DNA of 64,000 bases, taken from positions 64,506 to 128,505 of the forward strand of contig VXSC01000027.1 in the NCBI GenBank assembly GCA_009838195.1, given 5' to 3'. Below the pieces are notes generated by a model. The model worked only from the letters and a program-made list of their open reading frames with translations, was not told where the DNA came from and searched no databases. The translations under genes were made by a program, and so were the position numbers. Origin of the DNA: Rhodothermaceae bacterium (GTDB lineage Bacteria > Bacteroidota > Rhodothermia > Rhodothermales > Bin80). Shown piece by piece: positions 58,305-64,000 of this stretch (its first letter is position 1; every line of letters begins with the position of its first letter).

Positions 58305-61007
58305 ATGAAATCTATTTATTCGATTCTTTTCTCATTCCTAATTGTCGGTTCTGTAAACGCTCAGAGTACCATCAGCGGGGTCGTAACGGACGCAGAGTCC
58401 GGCTTACCTCTCCCAGGTGCAACGGTCGTTGTAGCCGGCACAGTTACTGGTACAGCAACAGATAGTGATGGGGCCTACGTAATTAGTGATTTGTCTCCGG
58501 GTACTTATGCCATTGAAGTGTCCTTCGTCGGATATGAAGCGATATTGCAGTCCATCACGCTTCAGGGTTCAAATGTCACGTTTGATTTTGCGCTGCAAGC
58601 GTCGAGTCAGGCATTGGAAGCCTTGGAATTATTCGCATCAAGGGCTTTAAACCGGCAAACCCCGGTCGCTTACTCAGATATTGAGAAGCTCCAGGTCCAA
58701 CGTGAGCTAGGCTCTCGCGATGTGCCGTTGGTTTTGAATACGACCCCTTCCGTTTATAGTACCGCTCAGGGGGGTGGAGCAGGGGATGCACGGGTGAATG
58801 TACGTGGATTTAATCAGCGGAATGTAGCCGTCATGATCAATGGAGTGCCGGTGAATGATATGGAGAATGGTTGGGTGTACTGGTCGAACTGGGACGGTGT
58901 TGGGGATGCAACTACCTCAATTCAGTTACAACGGGGACTGTCCGCGGTGAATCTGGCGACACCTTCTATAGGTGGAACGCTGAATATCCTTACGGATCCT
59001 GCTGCGAATAGACGACGTGTCATGGCAAAGCAGGAGTTTGGGAATGACGGATTTCTCAAATCGACCGTTTCTGCTTCGACGGGATTGATAGACAACCGCT
59101 TTGCATTTACGGTAAGTGGTGTTCGGAAGACGGGTAATGGCTATTATGACGGCACGTGGACAGATGCATGGGCCTATTATGTCGCCGGCGCATGGAATAT
59201 CAATGAAAGGCATCGAGTGGATTTCTATGCGGTTGGAGCACCTCAGCGGCATGGACAGAATCTGTACCGGCAAAACATTGCCGCCTATGACCACGATTAT
59301 GCTCGTGAAGTTTTCGAGGCAGATGGATTGGACGAATCAACGATCTCAGAAATTTTGTCGACCTACCCGGAAGGAGGACGGCGCTGGAACCAAAATGTAT
59401 CTCCCGTTTCCTCTTCGTATACCAACGAACAGCATAACGGCTTTGGCACTGTCCGCCGCAATTCGCGGGATATCATCAATGAGCGCGAGAATTTTTTCCA
59501 CAAGCCTCAGGTGAACCTGAACTATTTTGCCCAGCTGTCGGATCGGTCACTCTGGTCAACGGTCCTCTATTATTCTGGTGGCAAAGGTGGAGGAACAGGA
59601 ACTCATGGACGGATGCAATGGAATTTTTCAGGCCCGTCACGTGTGGTTGATTACAATGCCACCATCTCCGCAAACCAAGAGAATGGGCAATCCCGAGGGA
59701 TTTTGCGGAACAGCCATAATGTGCAGTGGACTGTTGGGGCAATCTCCAAATTCAAGCATGAGCTGACCGAAGCATTAACGCTTGAAGCAGGCATTGATTG
59801 GCGTACCGCCTCCATCGACCATTATCGAACGGTACGTGACTTGTTGGGTGGGAGTGGGTATCAACGTTTTGATAGCGATTTTTGGGGAGAGAATGGCAAG
59901 TTGCTTCAGTTGGGCGATCGGTTCAATTACAACACTACCAATACGGTAGACTGGTTAGGTGGGTTTGTGCAGGGTGCCTATACGAGTGGAGGTATCTATG
60001 TCTATGGAATGGCAGGATATTCAACCATAAAATACTCCCATGAGGATCATTTTCGGGATGCTGGAAACGGGACCACATTTACCATTGCTACAGATCGTAT
60101 TGGTGGGTACCAGATCAAGGGTGGTGCTTCCTATTTGGTCAACGACATGATTTCGGTGTTTGTGAATGCAGGGTTGGTATCCAAGGTGCCGATTCTCGAT
60201 GGGGCACTGAATGATATTACGGGTGTCTTGAACCCCGACCCCCAGAATGAGCAATTTCGGGCGTTAGAGACAGGGATTTCATTTGAGTCTCTTGACCGCA
60301 CATTGAACACTACCCTTAGTCTGTACAACACTGTATGGAACGACCGCACGATCACACGTTCAGTTTTGGTGGAGGACGGAGACGATGGCTTGATCAACAT
60401 CCTTGGGTTGAATGCACTGCACCGCGGGATTGAAGCGGAGGTGGCTTATCAGCCACTACGTATTGTTCGTGCAGATTTGGCACTGTCCGTTGGCAACTGG
60501 AAATATACTGATGATGTGTCGGCGAGATACACGCCGGATCGTTCTGATCCGTCCACCCAGGAGACCGTATCGCTTTATGTGAAGGATGTAAAAGTGGGGG
60601 ATGCGCCACAGACTCAGATCGCCTATGCGATCAGCGTTTTTCCTGTGAAGGGAATGTATGCCAAGTTTACCGGGCGTTCCTACACGGACTACTATGCAGA
60701 TTTTGATCCCACAAGTCGCACCGATAGTGGGCAGTCGGGGCAACCTGTCTGGAAGGTACCGGGCTATAATGTGTTCGACATTAACCTCGGTTATACGATT
60801 CCTCGTCGTTTCGGGTCGGGGCAAATCCGCGTGTTTGCCAATGTGTTCAACCTGTTTGATTCACTCTACATTCAAGACGCAACAAATAACTCACGCTTTA
60901 ATGCTTTCCGTGGTAATGGTACGGGAGCAAACAGAGCGGATGACGCAGAAGTTTTTCTGGGGCTACCACGGTCCTTCAACCTCGGATTGCAGGTTACACT
61001 TCAGTAG
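58305..61007 (+). CDS. TonB-dependent receptor with N-terminal CarboxypepD_reg domain
   Basis: Signal peptide. ISGVVTDAESGLPLPGATVVV...FVGYEAILQSI. Plug blocks NVRGFNQRNVAVMINGVPVND and IQLQRGLSA. Beta-barrel region. Confidence 0.85.
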   Translation: MKSIYSILFSFLIVGSVNAQSTISGVVTDAESGLPLPGATVVVAGTVTGTATDSDGAYVISDLSPGTYAIEVSFVGYEAILQSITLQGSNVTFDFALQASSQALEALELFASRALNRQTPVAYSDIEKLQVQRELGSRDVPLVLNTTPSVYSTAQGGGAGDARVNVRGFNQRNVAVMINGVPVNDMENGWVYWSNWDGVGDATTSIQLQRGLSAVNLATPSIGGTLNILTDPAANRRRVMAKQEFGNDGFLKSTVSASTGLIDNRFAFTVSGVRKTGNGYYDGTWTDAWAYYVAGAWNINERHRVDFYAVGAPQRHGQNLYRQNIAAYDHDYAREVFEADGLDESTISEILSTYPEGGRRWNQNVSPVSSSYTNEQHNGFGTVRRNSRDIINERENFFHKPQVNLNYFAQLSDRSLWSTVLYYSGGKGGGTGTHGRMQWNFSGPSRVVDYNATISANQENGQSRGILRNSHNVQWTVGAISKFKHELTEALTLEAGIDWRTASIDHYRTVRDLLGGSGYQRFDSDFWGENGKLLQLGDRFNYNTTNTVDWLGGFVQGAYTSGGIYVYGMAGYSTIKYSHEDHFRDAGNGTTFTIATDRIGGYQIKGGASYLVNDMISVFVNAGLVSKVPILDGALNDITGVLNPDPQNEQFRALETGISFESLDRTLNTTLSLYNTVWNDRTITRSVLVEDGDDGLINILGLNALHRGIEAEVAYQPLRIVRADLALSVGNWKYTDDVSARYTPDRSDPSTQETVSLYVKDVKVGDAPQTQIAYAISVFPVKGMYAKFTGRSYTDYYADFDPTSRTDSGQSGQPVWKVPGYNVFDINLGYTIPRRFGSGQIRVFANVFNLFDSLYIQDATNNSRFNAFRGNGTGANRADDAEVFLGLPRSFNLGLQVTLQ

Positions 61008-61113
61008 CCGACTGAGTAATAAATGCGCTTTTGATGGCCGGTGTGCAGTTTTTGTGAACGACAGCTTGAATGTTCGCACTGCGCATCGGCCTCTGGTGCG
61101 TGGTCATTGGAGA

Positions 61114-63198
61114 TTACGCGAGCCCGCTTCGTTTCCGCAATACCCATTCCAAGCCTAACAACAGGATGATGAATGCCAGAATCCACGGGATTCGTCGCAG
61201 ATCAAATTCCTGTTCCTGAGACTGGGTGATCGGGGTAAATAAGCTGTCAGAGTTGAGCCGGTCCGAGAGTGTGTTTAAGGTCCCTTCGGTAAATAAATCT
61301 CCCCCAGAGCGGTAAGCGATTTGACGGAGCAGTGCTTCGTTACTCCTAGTGCTGCGGTACTCCAGATTGACGGAGCCGACCGTAAAGACGCCGCGATCCG
61401 TTCCCATAGATGTATTCATCCGTGTGGCTTGTGCAGTGTATGCGTAGGTTCCCTCGGGTAGTGCATCAATTCGTAGGGTAAATCGTCCGCTCCCTGCATT
61501 GGCCATGGTGTAGGGGTATTGAGTTCCGTCCGGTGCCGTTAGCTCGATGGTGACTACAGCCTCAGAAACTGGATTAAGGCTTTCATCATATACTTGGCCG
61601 GAAAAATCTATTGGCTCGCTCCCATCAAATGCGGTCAGCACCGGTTCGACACGTACAGTTCGATCATCCTCTGGTGTGGTAAGCCACTGCATCAGGTTCT
61701 CTACCACCTGCGGCCAGATACGAGGCATATCCACGGGGTTACCAGCGAGGTTCAACCACCGCCATGTCCCGGCCCCCAGGATCGCAGCCGTTCGATGCCC
61801 CGCTCGACTTCGTACCACAAGCAGCGGCTCGTCCAGCGTTATTCCGCGGAGGTTTACCTGCCCAAGAATTCGGCTATCTGAGGTCACGGTCCAATGTCCT
61901 GTGCTGGCCACTAGTGGGGGAAACCGCTCCCATAATGCTTCAGGGAAGTCCAGGATGGGGTCTCGGAATCCAGTCTGGGTGAGTTTTAGAGTAGCTTCAT
62001 CATACAGTACATTATCCGTAGCCGGCAGCACCGGAAGCACGGTTGAAAGCTGATTTTGCAAGCGCTGAAGATCGGTTTGACGGGTCAGCATAAAGAGCAG
62101 CGGAACTCCGGATTGTGCGGCACGAACGACGACATTGAGTGAGTTATCGTCGGCTTCACGACCAGGGAAGCCAACCAGTATGATCGCATCGTAGTCATCC
62201 AATGAGTTTGGTAAATTGCCTTCGTAAAACCTGTCCGGTTGCATCTGGACATAGCTATCAACCTGACGCACTGGATCACGAGTTAATAGGTTACGCATAG
62301 CAATGAGATCGGGATGCGGCGCAGCAGCGATGAGGCAAATTTTCTGAGTTCGCTTTAAAACACGGACCGTAAATGTTTCACGATTATTTGCCAATGAAGC
62401 TTCATTTTCCAGCTCCGTAGTCCTCAGGGTGTATTGGAACAGTCCCTCTCTCCGGGGAATGAAGCTCAGCGAGGCTATGGATTCGCCTTCGGAAATGGTC
62501 AGGGTCTCGGAGGCCGCTAGGGAGTCCTCAACATAGAGGCTGGTCGTGACCGTTTCATCCGAATAGCCTCGTAGTAGTAACGACACATCAACGGGGACTT
62601 CCTGCCCAACGTGGGCCAATTCATTGGTCACCGTGCGAGCGATCATTAAGTCTTGCTGTTGGAGCGTGTCTCCTATAACCAGGGTATGGATGGGGATCCC
62701 GTAGTCGGCAGCTACATATACGGGGTTGCGCCCTGTGTTATACTGACCGTCAGAAATAAGCAGAACACTACGCAGATTTTCGTCACGTAGCGCAGTTCGG
62801 ATCTCTTCCAGAGCCGTAGAGATGTCTGTGCGTGGAGCCGTATCCATTGCAGCAGTGAGGTTTTCGATAGGGCGTGTAGTCCCGCCAAATCCAAAATAAT
62901 AGGTTTGCCCTTGGGTAGATGGAAGGGTTTCTGTCCGTTGGTGTTGCGCCATGCTCTGACTCTCATCAACCAGGACCGCTAGCACAGGTAAATCCTCTTG
63001 GTTGATGTTTCTGCGAATCGCCGGCTCAAATAACAGGGTGAGTAGGAGCACGAGTGCAATTCCTCGGAGCGTGGGGAGGAGCCATCGGTTGATTCCACGT
63101 AGTTTTGGCTCTGTCTGGCGGTAAGAAAACCATGTCAGCAAGCCAGCCAGTATCAATAGCAGAATCAGCGGCCACGCATGTAGTCCAAATTCAATCAT
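61114..63198 (-). CDS. membrane-anchored vWA-like domain protein (BatA-N-terminal-type anchor), function unknown
   Basis: N-terminal TM pair (AWPLILLLILAGLLTWF; LRGIALVLLLTLLF), VLVDESQSM (vWA MIDAS-like start), and a C-terminal TM helix IPWILAFIILLLGLEWVL. Confidence 0.5.
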   Translation of the reverse strand: MIEFGLHAWPLILLLILAGLLTWFSYRQTEPKLRGINRWLLPTLRGIALVLLLTLLFEPAIRRNINQEDLPVLAVLVDESQSMAQHQRTETLPSTQGQTYYFGFGGTTRPIENLTAAMDTAPRTDISTALEEIRTALRDENLRSVLLISDGQYNTGRNPVYVAADYGIPIHTLVIGDTLQQQDLMIARTVTNELAHVGQEVPVDVSLLLRGYSDETVTTSLYVEDSLAASETLTISEGESIASLSFIPRREGLFQYTLRTTELENEASLANNRETFTVRVLKRTQKICLIAAAPHPDLIAMRNLLTRDPVRQVDSYVQMQPDRFYEGNLPNSLDDYDAIILVGFPGREADDNSLNVVVRAAQSGVPLLFMLTRQTDLQRLQNQLSTVLPVLPATDNVLYDEATLKLTQTGFRDPILDFPEALWERFPPLVASTGHWTVTSDSRILGQVNLRGITLDEPLLVVRSRAGHRTAAILGAGTWRWLNLAGNPVDMPRIWPQVVENLMQWLTTPEDDRTVRVEPVLTAFDGSEPIDFSGQVYDESLNPVSEAVVTIELTAPDGTQYPYTMANAGSGRFTLRIDALPEGTYAYTAQATRMNTSMGTDRGVFTVGSVNLEYRSTRSNEALLRQIAYRSGGDLFTEGTLNTLSDRLNSDSLFTPITQSQEQEFDLRRIPWILAFIILLLGLEWVLRKRSGLA

Positions 63199-63345
63199 CT
63201 ACTACTGAAAGTCGCTTGATTTGGCTTGAATGTTGAATACCCGAACAATTACGTTCCCCAGGAGATGCAAAAGGTGATGAATGGTGCCTCCTCGTCTAAT
63301 TTTGTGAAGAAGGATTCCGACTTTCGCCTCATTCCAGAATTACGA

Positions 63346-64000
63346 TCAGTATCCCAAGCGGGTTAGCATACCCGACCGCGTTCGACCATCAAAATCCAGC
63401 GTATAGGCATAAACACCCGGAGGCAGATGAGCCCCATCAAATTGCAGAGGCATCCCTCCCGTTCGGATCGGTCCTTCATACACGGTTCCCACTTCTCGCC
63501 CGAGTACATCAATAATCACCAGTCGAGCATGGGAGACGGGCTGAACTGCCTCAATGGTGAAATGAACCACATCCTGAAACGGGTTCGGATAAGGTGTATG
63601 GATGGTCAGGTCGCTCGGAATGGGGAGGATATCATCGGAACGGTTGAGTGCGATCGCCTGCATAATTGCAGCGTCAGCATCTACGATTCCCCAACCAAGG
63701 TCATTATTTGGTGAGTTGGCTTGACTGGCGGTTGAAGTTAAAACGTGCCATACCTCTCTTGGTCCAAGATCTGGATTGACTTGAAGAATCTGAGTGACGA
63801 TTCCTGCAACCATTGGAGCGGAAAAGGATGTTCCCTGTGAAAAGTTATAATTTCTTGCTCCTGCAGCCAGATATACTTCAATTCCCTGTGCGGACACATC
63901 AGGTTTTATGCGGCCATCAGCCGTTGGTCCGCGACTGCTGAAAGAAACTACCGGGCCGTCTGCCCACACCGCACCCACTGCAATTACCGAATCTCCGTCC
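63346..64000 (-). CDS. S8 (subtilisin-like) serine peptidase with T9SS C-terminal sorting domain; partial, N-terminus beyond the window
   Basis: Catalytic Ser block GTSFSAPMVAG. The C-terminal ~80 aa (YPNPFQDVVHFTIEA...LPPGVYAYTLDFDGRTRSGMLTRLGY) has the T9SS type A CTD pattern. The reading frame stays open to the window edge. Confidence 0.8.
   Translation of the reverse strand, partial: DGDSVIAVGAVWADGPVVSFSSRGPTADGRIKPDVSAQGIEVYLAAGARNYNFSQGTSFSAPMVAGIVTQILQVNPDLGPREVWHVLTSTASQANSPNNDLGWGIVDADAAIMQAIALNRSDDILPIPSDLTIHTPYPNPFQDVVHFTIEAVQPVSHARLVIIDVLGREVGTVYEGPIRTGGMPLQFDGAHLPPGVYAYTLDFDGRTRSGMLTRLGY

Noticed and set aside
1-64000. CRISPR arrays, rRNA, IS elements, integrases, reverse transcriptases (retron/DGR) and prophage structural genes.
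   Set aside because: - No intergenic region exceeds about 630 bp, and none shows regularly spaced repeats.
- No ORF translation shows transposase (DDE), tyrosine/serine recombinase or RT (YxDD) motifs.

Overview
The window reads as a mostly core chromosomal segment from an FCB-group (Bacteroidota/Rhodothermota/Balneolota-like) bacterium. The taxonomic hints are a T9SS C-terminal sorting domain on an S8 protease, TonB-dependent receptors with CarboxypepD_reg N-termini, tandem DUF5686 genes, and little Shine-Dalgarno signal. All calls come from reading the ORF translations and DNA by eye; no BLAST or HMM search was possible, so family names are motif-level recognitions.

Recognisable content:
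- CCA/poly(A)-polymerase-family enzyme and class II (B12) ribonucleotide reductase nrdJ.
- An operon of three secreted beta-propeller/FG-GAP proteins.
- An alpha-glucan cluster (glgB, glgE, glgX, malQ) interrupted by an NCS2 purine permease.
- GNAT, a YaaW-like protein, the ydbS/ydbT PH-domain pair, msrB and tRNA-Leu(TAG).
- An S46 peptidase preceded by a truncated, catalytically dead S46 paralog.
- Patatin followed by two DUF5686 paralogs, an RluA-family synthase and lexA.
- An SRPBCC/VOC/DUF2461 block, and copA followed by a DUF2231 protein.
- A wbpB/E/D-like amino-sugar cluster with GT2 and TIGR02757 genes.
- Two TonB-dependent receptors flanking mutS2, a vWA membrane protein and a partial S8 protease.

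No rRNA, CRISPR array, integrase or transposase was seen.

The most unusual part is a roughly 3.2 kb partly AT-rich islet (about 5578-8756) between nrdJ and the propeller operon. It holds a small acidic protein behind a perfect palindrome, a HEPN-like gene broken by one in-frame TGA, and a stand-alone GIY-YIG/DUF4357 nuclease. Its palindrome shares half-site sequence and dyad geometry with a 36-bp perfect palindrome in front of nrdJ.

I did not find a clear complete novel multi-gene system. The findings are ranked accordingly.
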